Positions 1 to 10,724 of a stretch of 64,000 nt of DNA are shown here, in pieces. The stretch is from a virus. Its lineage: Duplodnaviria > Caudoviricetes. Made by a program: the position numbers and the translations under genes. The stretch lies in IMG/VR virus record IMGVR_UViG_3300033075_001021. One strand, 5' to 3'. The notes below the pieces were generated by a model. The model worked only from the letters and a program-made list of their open reading frames with translations, was not told the origin of the DNA and did no database searches. Numbering within the stretch: the stretch's first letter is position 1; each line of letters starts with the position of its first letter.

Positions 1-555
1 CATTTTATTGTAATGACGGTCAAACCATCTACCAACAAAATAATTCAAGATACCATCCTCATCATATGAAGGAATAATAATCCTATTAAAATATTGACCC
101 CTTGTTGTATAGCCAATATCAAATTTTTTAATTATGTCATCAGTGATACCACGTTTATGCAAATACTGCATAGCCGCATTGTATTTAAAATCTTTTGAAC
201 TGCAATCCTTTAATTTTCTAAAACCCTCTGGTAGCTTGACTTCTATGTGTATTTTATCTTCGTTAGATAACTTTGAGTCTGGTTTGAATAACTTATAGTC
301 CCTAAGAGATTTAGCGTTTCCGTACTTCTTAATTAACTTAATGATGGACCCGCTCATACCATGGGTATCTTTACATACCCAACACTTGAAAACATCTTTA
401 TGATAATTCAATTCAAGGTTGCCTTTTCCGTCACCATCAGGCATACCTTTATCATTCGAACATGCTGGACAGTCAAAACTTATCTGACCAGTGCTTTCGT
501 TATGTTTTCGGATGTCACCAAGGAAGCTTTCTAATATACTCGCAATATACGCCAC
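1..555 (-). CDS. DNA primase, N-terminal part (runs off the window edge)
   Basis: Not in the ORF track. Manual translation from GTG at 555 gives VAYIASILESFLG...FDCPACS...GKGNLELNYHKDVFKCWVC (Zn-binding domain), then YLHKRGI...IGY...FNRIIIPSY, as in DnaG/gp61-like primases. Confidence 0.8.
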   Translation of the reverse strand, partial: MAYIASILESFLGDIRKHNESTGQISFDCPACSNDKGMPDGDGKGNLELNYHKDVFKCWVCKDTHGMSGSIIKLIKKYGNAKSLRDYKLFKPDSKLSNEDKIHIEVKLPEGFRKLKDCSSKDFKYNAAMQYLHKRGITDDIIKKFDIGYTTRGQYFNRIIIPSYDEDGILNYFVGRWFDRHYNKM

Positions 556-559
556 AAGA

Positions 560-591
560 CAAAGTTACGAAAAAAAATGCTATAAAGCAAA
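560..591 (-). promoter_or_regulatory. Bacteroidota-type sigma70 promoter (-33 TTTG, -7 TAACTTTG)
   Basis: Minus strand reads TTTG (591-588), a 20-nt spacer, then TAACTTTG (567-560), directly upstream of the primase start. Confidence 0.75.
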
Positions 592-612
592 AAATCTGGG
601 AAAACCCAGATT
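589..612 (-). terminator. Intrinsic terminator after the resolvase gene
   Basis: Stem AATCTGGG/CCCAGATT with a 4-nt loop and a U-run on the minus strand. Confidence 0.75.
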
Positions 613-625
613 CTTTTAGTTTAAT

Positions 626-1270
626 TTATTTCCATAACCCATTCATTCTCATATATCCCATAACGGCTGTGTATGCGTCGGTCATATCAAAATTTTCTTT
701 GGTTAGTTTGTTCTTTTTATCGTAAAACCACGTAATTTGTGGCTCAAGGTCGGCTACCATTTCCCAAATAACCATCTTTTTGTCGACATCATTATCATAT
801 GCACCAAACAGAGTTGGTTTAGATTTTTTAATGTCTTTCTCGGTTTTTGGTGTCCCGTCTTTTTTAACGGTTCTAATACCCATTAACTGTGGAAAACCAT
901 ATTTCCTCGCATCGTATGAAGAAATAAATTCAGGTACTATGCCAATCGTTTCATAAACAGACCGTGCTATCATTCCATTAAAACGCAATAAAGTCGCAAC
1001 GGTGTTTACGTTATTTGATTGTAGAAGGGGTTCCTCAATGATTACTCTTGTAATACCTACATCAGCATAATCATTCAAAAATTCCTTTTCAAAGATTCTA
1101 GCTTTCTCAAAAAGCTCTTCCATCTTGTTTTCTGGCTCAGGTTTAACTTTAGGGCTAACGTATTTAAGTAATTTTAAATCACCAGTTCCATTGTTTTCCT
1201 CAAACAATGCAATCCCTATGGTTTTGGTTGAAACGTCAAGGCCAAGAATTAAATTACTAGTTTTATCCAT
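626..1270 (-). CDS. RuvC-like Holliday junction resolvase
   Basis: ILGLDVSTKTIG, VIIEEP and a C-terminal DMTDAY form the acidic catalytic pattern of the RuvC/RNase H fold. Confidence 0.75.
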   Translation of the reverse strand: MDKTSNLILGLDVSTKTIGIALFEENNGTGDLKLLKYVSPKVKPEPENKMEELFEKARIFEKEFLNDYADVGITRVIIEEPLLQSNNVNTVATLLRFNGMIARSVYETIGIVPEFISSYDARKYGFPQLMGIRTVKKDGTPKTEKDIKKSKPTLFGAYDNDVDKKMVIWEMVADLEPQITWFYDKKNKLTKENFDMTDAYTAVMGYMRMNGLWK

Positions 1271-1314
1271 GGTTTTTAGCTAATTATAAGGGTTAAGTTT
1301 AAAAACTAAATAGT

Positions 1315-2511
1315 TTACAAACTAATTTTAATACCCAAGGCTAAAAATTCATTAACATTTAATTCTACTTGTCTATCCATTTTAGCAATGGCGATTAAAT
1401 CCCCCTCCGCATCGTATAAACCAATCTCAGTTATTCTTGGCGTGTCAACAGCTGTAAATGTTGGATTTGTGGATTTTCCAAATTCACCCCTGTTTATAAT
1501 ACATGTGATATTTTGTGTCACTAACGTAGACACACTATTAAATACCGCTGTTGTTGCAGTTGAAGTAAGGTTAAACCAAGACACAAATGTTGGATGTGTG
1601 AGTACAACCAAACCTTTATCTAAATATGCTATACCAACTGGTTCATCAGCATATTGATTCATATTTGTGTCAGTCGTTAAATTATATGGTTGTTTATTAT
1701 TTAAGCTGAATGGTTTTGTAGTATTCCAACCACTAGCCCAACTAAGACTACCGTCACCATTTGGTCTTTTAATGTCATCACAGAATAACAACGCAACGTT
1801 ATCACCCAAGAAGTTTGTTGTTGGCGCTTTGTCGGATATATATCCGTCAAGTACCTTTAATTGTTGACCAGAATTTTGGAATGTTGAATAAATATTGTAT
1901 GTATCAAGATAAGTCTGGATAGTAAGTTTTATCGTTTTACCATCTAAAACTTCACCATATCTTGAATTGTCTATACCGATAACAACAATATCGTTTGTTG
2001 CTAATCCACTTAATGCTGTGTCTAAATAACCACCTTGGCTAAATGTAGTACCAGTGAATTTAAATTTATCATTAGCTGTTATCGGAAGATTAAAACTATA
2101 AAATAAGTTTGTTAATGGGTCAGTATTTGTATTTGCTTGGCTAATTAATTTTTGGGATATATTTGTTGTGGTAGCTGTTGCTATACCAATTTGACTAGTT
2201 GATATAACAATTTCAGATGATTGCGGTTCAACCGACTTTCTTGTTGCACCAGTACCATTAACTAATAATAAGCTTTTAATTGATACATTTTCACCAACAC
2301 TATTTGTTGTGGTGTTTGATGGGCCAATAGTACCACCATTTGCTGGAACTTGACCGCTTGTTAATGGTAATGGACAATAGTAATTCGCATCTGAGTCACC
2401 AAGACTAAATGATGTCACCAAATTATTATTGGTTTGTATTAACTTCTTTCTACCAAGTGGTGTTAACTTAGCTGTAAGTGTTGTAGTATTTGCTGTGTTT
2501 ATATATCCCAT
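1315..2511 (-). CDS. Baseplate/tail-fibre attachment protein (tail-collar or P2 gpH N-terminus-like)
   Basis: N-terminal AKLTPLGRKKL...FSLGDS and C-terminal ITEIGLYDAEGDLIAIAK motifs; paralogue of the next gene. Confidence 0.55.
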   Translation of the reverse strand: MGYINTANTTTLTAKLTPLGRKKLIQTNNNLVTSFSLGDSDANYYCPLPLTSGQVPANGGTIGPSNTTTNSVGENVSIKSLLLVNGTGATRKSVEPQSSEIVISTSQIGIATATTTNISQKLISQANTNTDPLTNLFYSFNLPITANDKFKFTGTTFSQGGYLDTALSGLATNDIVVIGIDNSRYGEVLDGKTIKLTIQTYLDTYNIYSTFQNSGQQLKVLDGYISDKAPTTNFLGDNVALLFCDDIKRPNGDGSLSWASGWNTTKPFSLNNKQPYNLTTDTNMNQYADEPVGIAYLDKGLVVLTHPTFVSWFNLTSTATTAVFNSVSTLVTQNITCIINRGEFGKSTNPTFTAVDTPRITEIGLYDAEGDLIAIAKMDRQVELNVNEFLALGIKISL

Positions 2512-2522
2512 TTTAGTTTAAA

Positions 2523-4682
2523 TTAAAAGTCCATTGACAACTCTAACATTATTGTATTACCAGTTGTTAAAACCACTGGCTGACTTAGTTTACCAATTAC
2601 CACCATATCCCCATTTGTATCGTAAATGGCAACTTCAGTTACCCTTATATCTGGTGGGTTGGTTGATGGTTGTAAGCTTCTTGTTGGGTTAGTTGTTCTG
2701 TTAAAATCAGATGAATTTACCCTTACATCAAATATTGTTTTGAATATTGTTGCACCAATATAGGTTTCCAAATTACCATAGAAAAATCTTTCATCACCAA
2801 ACTGAAGAATATCTGAATTAGTATTTGGTGCCATTGATAATGGAAGTGTTATATCGTATGTTGTTGCAGCAGAATTAATCACCGTACTTAAAATAAAGCC
2901 CACTTGACCATCACAAAGGCTTGATGAATATGGGTTTTGATTTTCCAGTGCTAGTGGGTCAATGGTTTCACCAACGTTGGTTGTTAAACCAGTTGATGTA
3001 AAATCATATGCTTTCCAAGAACCTGGGTCTGGCCTATCATTAATATTATCAACAATTTGATAAAGAACCTTAAAATTAGTTGCGTAGAATCCCAAACCAT
3101 CATACAAAATACTCTCTTTCTTTCTCATGTATGGTAATTGGTCAATATCACTTATCTTAAATCCAACATCTTTCGTGGATGATGTTGTGTTTGTTATTTT
3201 GATATATGACTGACATGGCAATGTTTCTGTTAAACCAGTACCGCTTGTATTATCTAAAGCGTAAGTTATGTACATTGTTTTGTTTATATCCAATAAACCA
3301 GCAGATGTGCCACCAGTTGCGCTTATTAATTGAGCCGATAATTGTGGTAATGTCCAGTTTCTGTTTGATTTGTATGACATTGCAGCAACAATTTCATCGT
3401 CATGGATAACAACCATTTTAAGTTGTGGTAATACCTTACCAACTACTTTAGGTGTTGTAACATACGCCACATCTTCATATAAATCGTAATATTCAATATT
3501 GCTATTACCAATAACTTTAGATGTTCCACTAGCTGTAAACTTCATACCCATTTGTGTACCTTGTCCAGTAGCATAATTGCGTCTATGATACATGATATCT
3601 GGAATAGTAATACTTAATGTCTTACCATTTATTGTATCAATATAAAAGAATTCTCCATATAAATTTGATATTGTATTGTTGGTATAATGCAATAACGATA
3701 GAGATTTACTTACTGTATCGTCATAACTAAATCCAATCCCATTACATTCAGCCGCAGGCTCTGCAATATCAGTAGCACATAAGTACTCTAAATAAGGATT
3801 TTTAGTCCCCAAATAATCATATGAACCAAATTTGGTATAATTCTCATAAAGATTTGTTGTGGAAAGGCCAGTTACACCAGCTAAGTTTTCACACCAAACA
3901 TTATTCATATTCCAAACTTTAACATCATCACAAGTTATGTTTGTTGCAGAATCAAAGGAAAGTGTTCCCGAATCCCAATAAGCAGTTGATGTGTCATATC
4001 CAAATGAATCGGCTACTTCACCACCTCGATAAACGTAAACAAACGAAGTACTACCAGTTTGGTCTGAAAGGTTTGGTAGTTCCCTGTCAACAGTAATGGC
4101 GGTTCCACCAGTTGTTGTTGCTGTCGCTTGTATTTTATACCAAAGATTTGGTACAGCCCAAGTATTTTCTAATATTGTCGCACCAGTAGTTGTATAGTCG
4201 TTGATAGCTTTAAGTCTTATAAAATTACCAACATTTGCTGTAATTGCAGATGAGATATAGATAATCGTACCACCAGTTATTTTTGTGTCAAGAACAGAAC
4301 CTAAACCATTCATATAGGTGTCGCCTGTCATGGTAATGTTGGTTCCGCTAAAAAATCCTCTTTCTGTTGCCAAGTTATTAACAACAGCCTTAACAACACT
4401 AATGTTAGCTGGTGTAAGGGTGTTTAAATTGTTGGCGCTTTGGGTTGTAATAAAGGATTTGATATTTGGTTGTCTATCAAATGGTCTAAAAACCTTACTT
4501 GAGCCAGATAAAACTGGGTCAGATTGGTTGGCATCGACCACGGCCTCTCTGTCATAGTTTATTTCAGAGTCACCAATTGCCCAATAACCAAAATTTAATT
4601 GGCCTTTGGCAAGATTTTCACGACCTTTTTCAGTTAGTTTGATACTAACAAACGGACTGGTACTTTTAATAATATAGCTCAT
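2523..4682 (-). CDS. Baseplate/tail-fibre attachment protein, paralogue of 1315..2511
   Basis: IKLTEKGRENL...WAIGDS and VTEVAIYDTNGDMVVIGKL motifs; S/T/G-rich. Confidence 0.55.
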   Translation of the reverse strand: MSYIIKSTSPFVSIKLTEKGRENLAKGQLNFGYWAIGDSEINYDREAVVDANQSDPVLSGSSKVFRPFDRQPNIKSFITTQSANNLNTLTPANISVVKAVVNNLATERGFFSGTNITMTGDTYMNGLGSVLDTKITGGTIIYISSAITANVGNFIRLKAINDYTTTGATILENTWAVPNLWYKIQATATTTGGTAITVDRELPNLSDQTGSTSFVYVYRGGEVADSFGYDTSTAYWDSGTLSFDSATNITCDDVKVWNMNNVWCENLAGVTGLSTTNLYENYTKFGSYDYLGTKNPYLEYLCATDIAEPAAECNGIGFSYDDTVSKSLSLLHYTNNTISNLYGEFFYIDTINGKTLSITIPDIMYHRRNYATGQGTQMGMKFTASGTSKVIGNSNIEYYDLYEDVAYVTTPKVVGKVLPQLKMVVIHDDEIVAAMSYKSNRNWTLPQLSAQLISATGGTSAGLLDINKTMYITYALDNTSGTGLTETLPCQSYIKITNTTSSTKDVGFKISDIDQLPYMRKKESILYDGLGFYATNFKVLYQIVDNINDRPDPGSWKAYDFTSTGLTTNVGETIDPLALENQNPYSSSLCDGQVGFILSTVINSAATTYDITLPLSMAPNTNSDILQFGDERFFYGNLETYIGATIFKTIFDVRVNSSDFNRTTNPTRSLQPSTNPPDIRVTEVAIYDTNGDMVVIGKLSQPVVLTTGNTIMLELSMDF

Positions 4683-4686
4683 AACC

Positions 4687-4728
4687 TATAAATATGTTTG
4701 TTTTTCTTTTTATTTTACTTATAAATAG
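4687..4728 (-). promoter_or_regulatory. Tandem candidate late-promoter boxes (ATATTTATA, CTATTTATA)
   Basis: Boxes at 4687-4695 and 4720-4728, upstream of the ATG at 4682; the same motif precedes many other genes. Confidence 0.55.
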
Positions 4729-4742
4729 CCAATTGTAAACAA

Positions 4743-7409
4743 TTAATATGAATTTATGGCATTTGATTGAATCACTACAGGAACCGTTTCGCTATACGCA
4801 ATACTTTGAATTGGGTCCCCACAAATAGACTCGTAATTTTTAGTGTTTTTTACCCTATAATACAATTTTGTTCCCACATCTCCAGTTATCGTCAAAATAC
4901 CACCATAACTTGTTACATTTATTTCATATGGTACAACACTTGATACTGTAAAACTTGAGAAGTTAACATCAGAACTTAACTGAAGGCTAAATTCACCATT
5001 TTTTAAGGCTGGCCCATTCTCAATATACCATCCAATGTAATTGTTTGATTGAGTAATTCCATTAATTACGATGGTTTTTGGGTAAAAAATAATATTTATG
5101 ATGTCACCAACCATTAATGAACCAGTCAAAATAATTCTATTTGGGTTAGATGTTGATTGATAGTAGTCGATACCATCAGCCAATGTTACACCATTTAAAA
5201 TAACCATGATTTTGGTCAATCTTAATGGTTCATTGGTGGTATAAACCTCGTATTTTCCCGTCGTTGTGTTATAAAAATATTTACTACTTCCTTGTGTATC
5301 GGTGGCACCACTTGGTATAGCGGTATCAATCAATATCGTGTTAGATATTAACTTTGTTGATGTTGTTCTTGTATAATATATTGTTATTATGTCCTCATTA
5401 GCCACCGTTCCAATGAATGTAAGAACCCGTCCACTCAATGTATAGTCAATATCTTTTGCAAGTGTTAGACCATTAAGTGTAACTAATACATCACCCACAT
5501 ATTCATTTGTCAAAACAAATGTACTACCTGTTCTTTCATATAATTCTGGAGTTTCTGATTCAGCTGGTATATTACCTTCTTGTGAAAAATCTACAAGAAT
5601 CACTTGTTGATATATACTAACAGGGGAATATGTTGCTTCATCACTACCACTACCAGTAAATTCTGGTTTTTCGGCTTCTCTAATTGCAACAAAATAGTAG
5701 TCCAACTCTGGAACATAAGTGCCATAAATTTCACCTGTTTTATATACACTAGTATCAAACTTCTTACCCAATCTCCTCATGAAATCTGTACACGCTTCGG
5801 TTTCAAAATAGCCCTTCACAATGTAATCACCATCAAGACCTAAACTATCTGTTGGAATTGCAACATTAATTTCATTTGTTGCACTAAAACTTGAATATGG
5901 GAACAGTTCACTTTTATATACCGCTGGAAGTTTAAATACACGGCTTTTTGGGAGGTATCTATAAACTTCATACTTAAATGATGTGTTTTCATCAAATGTA
6001 TTGGTGTTACCAGTAAAATTAAATGTAAACGGAATTGATGACTGGCTTTGGCTTAAAGTATAAACTCCTGTGCTAGTATTATCAATGTATGGGAATGTAT
6101 TATCACATACAACAACACAGTTATCTAAACAATCACTACATCCACTTGTAATACCTGTTGTTATTATTTCTAAGCATCTATATGGTACTGAACACGTATC
6201 TAATGCATATCCTGATGGACATAAGTATCCAAATGTTTCACCCAATTGCCAATCTAATCCAACAAATTCTTTTGTTGAAAAAATCAAACCAGTTTGACCA
6301 GTTGTTGTAGCGGCTGTTAATGCAGCATAGCTTGATGGGAAATAAACTTCCGCACCAAATGCTGATGCTGAACCAGTATTTATTCCTTCCATCTCAATGA
6401 TGTTAAAACCAGAATTAAATTGTACTGGAAATACGCTCCACTTTCTAAAATTGTCTGGTGAACTACCAGTAAAATTAATTATTAGGTCACCATTTATTTT
6501 AACCCTAGCATTGTTATCAGCTGCAACACCAACATAATATGTTCCAGCTGAGATAATATCAATACACTTAGAAAATCCAAGCCATTGAGCCGTATCAGCG
6601 CTAAGTCCGACATTGTTTAGTCGCCCAGCGGTTGTTGTTCCGCTAGGGTTACCCCAAAATGTGTTTCCAGTTGAAACAATGTTTAATGGTGATATTACAG
6701 TACCTAATTGGTCAACTAAATCTTGAAAATCGCCTACATAATATACTGGTAAATTTGAATTACTTTGTATATTTGGGTAAAAATACGTTCCATATGCAGA
6801 ATATGCTGTATTGGTATTTCCTGAAATTATTGGTAAACCAGTGCCAGAAAATGTTGCACCAGTAACATTTATTTCTTGACAAGCATCGTTTGCTGGTGTT
6901 GCACTAAATCCAATAGGGCAACCATATGGTTTTGAATAAATTGAAACACAAATGTCAAGCTCTAGTTCTTTTACACCATAAGGTTTAAATATTGTAAATG
7001 TTGACCCGCTTCTTGAGTATGTGTAACCTAAATCACGTAAGTTTAATGTTATTGAATTCAATAAGTCTGCTTGTGTTGGGTTATCATTTAAAGTTGTTGT
7101 TGTGTAAAAATTATTGGTTGATACCAATTCGGTGTCAGCATAGAATTTTGTTTCCCATGTTGTTGCACTATAACAATTTGTAAATGCTGTGGTGTAACAA
7201 GTTGCGGTTACAGCTGAGAAAATAGCATCTAATGAGATATCGCTAGGGTCACATTCAACGCTATCACATTGTACCTTTGTAGCACCACTTAAATCAAATG
7301 TTGGTGACTTAAAAATACAAATATCTGAACTCATGTTTACATTCAGGATATCTTTATTTCTAACCCCACGATTATCATTTTGTATGTATATTCTTTCTTG
7401 GTATCTCAT
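4743..7409 (-). CDS. Virion fibre/baseplate protein with a Cys-bracketed PA14-like module
   Basis: 888 aa. Contains GTYYVGVAADNNARVKING (PA14-like) and two VxLNGxTLAxxIDY repeats; lies among baseplate genes. Confidence 0.55.
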   Translation of the reverse strand: MRYQERIYIQNDNRGVRNKDILNVNMSSDICIFKSPTFDLSGATKVQCDSVECDPSDISLDAIFSAVTATCYTTAFTNCYSATTWETKFYADTELVSTNNFYTTTTLNDNPTQADLLNSITLNLRDLGYTYSRSGSTFTIFKPYGVKELELDICVSIYSKPYGCPIGFSATPANDACQEINVTGATFSGTGLPIISGNTNTAYSAYGTYFYPNIQSNSNLPVYYVGDFQDLVDQLGTVISPLNIVSTGNTFWGNPSGTTTAGRLNNVGLSADTAQWLGFSKCIDIISAGTYYVGVAADNNARVKINGDLIINFTGSSPDNFRKWSVFPVQFNSGFNIIEMEGINTGSASAFGAEVYFPSSYAALTAATTTGQTGLIFSTKEFVGLDWQLGETFGYLCPSGYALDTCSVPYRCLEIITTGITSGCSDCLDNCVVVCDNTFPYIDNTSTGVYTLSQSQSSIPFTFNFTGNTNTFDENTSFKYEVYRYLPKSRVFKLPAVYKSELFPYSSFSATNEINVAIPTDSLGLDGDYIVKGYFETEACTDFMRRLGKKFDTSVYKTGEIYGTYVPELDYYFVAIREAEKPEFTGSGSDEATYSPVSIYQQVILVDFSQEGNIPAESETPELYERTGSTFVLTNEYVGDVLVTLNGLTLAKDIDYTLSGRVLTFIGTVANEDIITIYYTRTTSTKLISNTILIDTAIPSGATDTQGSSKYFYNTTTGKYEVYTTNEPLRLTKIMVILNGVTLADGIDYYQSTSNPNRIILTGSLMVGDIINIIFYPKTIVINGITQSNNYIGWYIENGPALKNGEFSLQLSSDVNFSSFTVSSVVPYEINVTSYGGILTITGDVGTKLYYRVKNTKNYESICGDPIQSIAYSETVPVVIQSNAINSY

Positions 7410-7651
7410 TAGTATGATATTTCTAGTGTTATTGTTGGTAAGTTATACTGATTTTTAAGACCAAACGCTAGCGGTTTTTGTAATATTTGTACATAATCAA
7501 CTTGTGTGAAATTTTGCAAATACGCAGTAAACCCATCCATGTTGATGTAGTCTTCGAACTGTATTTGACCAGACACCGTACCCAAAAGGGTAACACTCCC
7601 CGTAAAATTGTCTAAGATACTACCTGTAATATTTTTAACTAGTTTTGGCAT
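7409..7651 (-). CDS. Small hypothetical virion protein
   Basis: 80-aa ORF whose stop overlaps the next start codon (TAATG), implying translational coupling. Confidence 0.6.
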   Translation of the reverse strand: MPKLVKNITGSILDNFTGSVTLLGTVSGQIQFEDYINMDGFTAYLQNFTQVDYVQILQKPLAFGLKNQYNLPTITLEISY

Positions 7652-7675
7652 ATACTATATAATTATTTTGTTTCT

Positions 7676-10600
7676 TTAAAACGATTTAATTGAAATACTC
7701 GCTGTCGCTGTACAACAACCATCAGTTACAGTAACGGTATAAAGACCATTTACTGTAGCCGTAACTGATGATGAACTTGATTCTTCAGTTGGTGTTACCC
7801 ATACATACGTTACATTTCCAGTATAATTTGACGCCACGGCCAATAATGTTCCATCAATAGGTATATTATCTTGTATTTCAACAGTCAACTCACATGCTGA
7901 AATATCATCATCAGAACATGGTGAACTGTTTTTACCAATAACTTTTACCGTACCAATAAACTCAGAACCACTATTCATTTGTGTCAAATATGTCATGCTA
8001 TATGTTTGTTGGTTAAACTGTGGAAGAGTATTTGTATCGCCGCTAATTACACTTGTTACAATCTCAACATCACATGTTGCTCCAGTTGCTGGGCTTAACA
8101 CTTGTAAAAATACTGGTGTACCAAAGAAACTTGTGTAAGCTTTATACTTATGTTTTTGCTCATCAAACATTGTGTTTGTATAGATTCTTGTGGACCCCCA
8201 AATTGTAGTTGCTGGAATCACTTGTTCAATCAAGTCAACCCAATAATTACCAATCAAGTTTCCAAATTTTTCCATACTGTAATAATCAAAAGCCGCACTC
8301 TTTGTATTACAAAACGCCAAACTGTTCATATACCTATCATATAATAATCTAAGTGTTGCATATGTTGAAATTGTCTTTCTATTTTTAGCATCAATTAATT
8401 GTGATGTTGTATAATATTGAAAGTCTTCTATTGTTGTCACAGCACTTAGCGGTTGTGTAAATAATCTTTCTATATCAATATTAGCATCACCACAATATTC
8501 ACTACAACAGTAAGTTTTAGGTGAGCATGTATTTGGTGCGGTGATACCTGTAACCGTTCCGCTTATTGTTATTGCACTAAGAATTGGGCACGTAGTTGCT
8601 GATGTAATCGTAAATGCACTAACCGTATCTGGTATCTCAATTACATTAACATTAATTGGTTGTTTTTGAATTCTGACACAACTTGGTGTTCCACAATTAC
8701 TAAATACAAAACCAGCTGGGCATGAGTATCCAATTCCGTCACCTGTGTCAAATCTAGTTCCAACTCTTTGTGTTGTTGAAAACAATACATTTGCTTCAGT
8801 TAAACCCGTTGATGTCGCCCCTGTTAATGTTGCAAAATCTATTGGGTAATAAACTTCTGCCGCAAAAGCAGAATCAACGCCAGCATCAAGACCCTGCATT
8901 TCGATAATGTTTACCCCAGAATTAAATTGTACTGGGAATACACTCCATTTTCTAAAATTTTCTACTAAATTTTGATTAAAATTGGCTACTAAAACACCAT
9001 TTACAAAAAATCTTGCTTGGTTGTCAGCTGCAATACCTAGATAATATGTACCACCAGAAACTATATCAATACATTGCGTAAATCCAGCCCACGTATCTCT
9101 TATTGCAAGAATACCAATATTATTTAACCTACCATTTGATGATGACCCCAGAGACGCCCAAAATGAATTTGAGTTATTTACTGCTATTGGTACCACAACA
9201 TTGCCTTGCCCATCGATTAATTGTCCATCACTTCTATATGTATATGGTAACACTGGGTTACCAGAACTTATATTTGTTACTTCAGGGTAGAAGTAAGCAC
9301 CTAACACAGAGTAATTTGCCCCGTTTTTATCACCATTGCTAATAATAGGACCAAGATTTGTTGGTGATGTCGCAGCTTGTGTAATTATTGACTGGCATTG
9401 GTCGTTAGCTGGTGTTGCACTAAATCCAATTGGACATGTATATGCTGTTACCGCTGGATATGAAGTGGTTATTGATGAAAAAACATCTACCGTACAAGCG
9501 GTATAAACAACTACTTGCTGTGTTTCTGATGTAATTGTTATCGAAACACCTGACGTTGTTTGGTATGCATCCTTAACACATGTTGTTGTACCAATTGTGG
9601 TACCTGTCAAAATACATGGATTATCTGAAATGTAGCACCAAATATCTGTTTCAACAGCAGATGCAATATCTATATCCAAATCAATTTCCTTTGTATTTAA
9701 AACCTGTCTTTCAGATTCAAGATAATAATCTGTATATCTAATTGGTTGTGTCCCGTCAGCTTTAGTTATTGAAAATTCCCTGTGGGTTGTTTCCGTAACC
9801 GTTACCCAAGATTTTTTATTGTCAATAATTCTATCAAGCTCAAATCCTGGTGATTTTGTAACAAATATATCATCCTTTAACTTTTTAGAGCATTTCTTAT
9901 TAAGTTTTATATTATCAACAAGAACACACATATCAATACAAAACCCACTAATTTTAATAGACAATTTAATCTTTTCGTCTGTAATACCAGATAAAATTGA
10001 TTCATCGGTTATTTCTGTTGTATATGTTAACCAATCTGATGCAAAGGCATTGAGTGGGATTGTTGGATGGGTCAATAAAATTTGTTCGGCAAATGTCGCA
10101 CAATTAGACCTAGGTACAAAAACATCATCACCCAAATCTAGTTCATTACAACCCTGAATTGAATCATTTACTTGGCAAATATAAAAACCTGTATTTCCGC
10201 TATTATCTTGTAGATATGATAGTAAGTTTCCGTTACCTATCGGTGGGAAGAATTCATCGCTAAAGACTGGTGTTGTTGTTACGCCATATGGTGTTACAAC
10301 AATTTTATCAATTGACATGCTAGCACCCAAACGTTCAAATACTGAATCTAATGTTGTACATGTTGAATCATATGTACCATTTATAAAACTAGATAATACA
10401 TCACAATCAAATTTGAATAAATAATCAAACTTAACTTCTAATGAACAAGATTCATCCACAACTTCTGAAAAAATTGCACCATCATTACCTTTTGGGTTTA
10501 ACACCAAATTAAATGGTAATGAGTAATCACACCCATCAATTACTTTACCATAAAAACATTTTTGTGAATTAACATCAAACGTACCGCCAATGTTTTCACA

Positions 10601-10723
10601 GCATGGTTTTGTTAAATGGTATGGAATTTCCACCCCAGTTAGTATTGAATACGCACTGATTGTACCATCTGGGTTATGGTAAATATGTAATTGGTCAGTA
10701 TTTAAACAAGTTGTGCCAGTCAT
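7676..10723 (-). CDS. Cys-rich virion/baseplate protein with a PA14-like module and a C-terminal Ig-like repeat
   Basis: 1015 aa. Shares a ~250-aa module with 4743..7409; contains WVDLIEQVIPATTIW and ends in TYVW...GLYTVTVTDGCC. Confidence 0.55.
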   Translation of the reverse strand: MTGTTCLNTDQLHIYHNPDGTISAYSILTGVEIPYHLTKPCCENIGGTFDVNSQKCFYGKVIDGCDYSLPFNLVLNPKGNDGAIFSEVVDESCSLEVKFDYLFKFDCDVLSSFINGTYDSTCTTLDSVFERLGASMSIDKIVVTPYGVTTTPVFSDEFFPPIGNGNLLSYLQDNSGNTGFYICQVNDSIQGCNELDLGDDVFVPRSNCATFAEQILLTHPTIPLNAFASDWLTYTTEITDESILSGITDEKIKLSIKISGFCIDMCVLVDNIKLNKKCSKKLKDDIFVTKSPGFELDRIIDNKKSWVTVTETTHREFSITKADGTQPIRYTDYYLESERQVLNTKEIDLDIDIASAVETDIWCYISDNPCILTGTTIGTTTCVKDAYQTTSGVSITITSETQQVVVYTACTVDVFSSITTSYPAVTAYTCPIGFSATPANDQCQSIITQAATSPTNLGPIISNGDKNGANYSVLGAYFYPEVTNISSGNPVLPYTYRSDGQLIDGQGNVVVPIAVNNSNSFWASLGSSSNGRLNNIGILAIRDTWAGFTQCIDIVSGGTYYLGIAADNQARFFVNGVLVANFNQNLVENFRKWSVFPVQFNSGVNIIEMQGLDAGVDSAFAAEVYYPIDFATLTGATSTGLTEANVLFSTTQRVGTRFDTGDGIGYSCPAGFVFSNCGTPSCVRIQKQPINVNVIEIPDTVSAFTITSATTCPILSAITISGTVTGITAPNTCSPKTYCCSEYCGDANIDIERLFTQPLSAVTTIEDFQYYTTSQLIDAKNRKTISTYATLRLLYDRYMNSLAFCNTKSAAFDYYSMEKFGNLIGNYWVDLIEQVIPATTIWGSTRIYTNTMFDEQKHKYKAYTSFFGTPVFLQVLSPATGATCDVEIVTSVISGDTNTLPQFNQQTYSMTYLTQMNSGSEFIGTVKVIGKNSSPCSDDDISACELTVEIQDNIPIDGTLLAVASNYTGNVTYVWVTPTEESSSSSVTATVNGLYTVTVTDGCCTATASISIKSF

Positions 10724-10724
10724 T

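Noticed and set aside
462-725. 87-aa plus-strand ORF
   Set aside because: It overlaps the primase start, its promoter, a terminator and the resolvase end on the opposite strand.
6165-9436. Duplicated module as a diversity-generating retroelement TR/VR pair
   Set aside because: Both copies are coding, differences are not adenine-specific, and no reverse transcriptase is present in the window.
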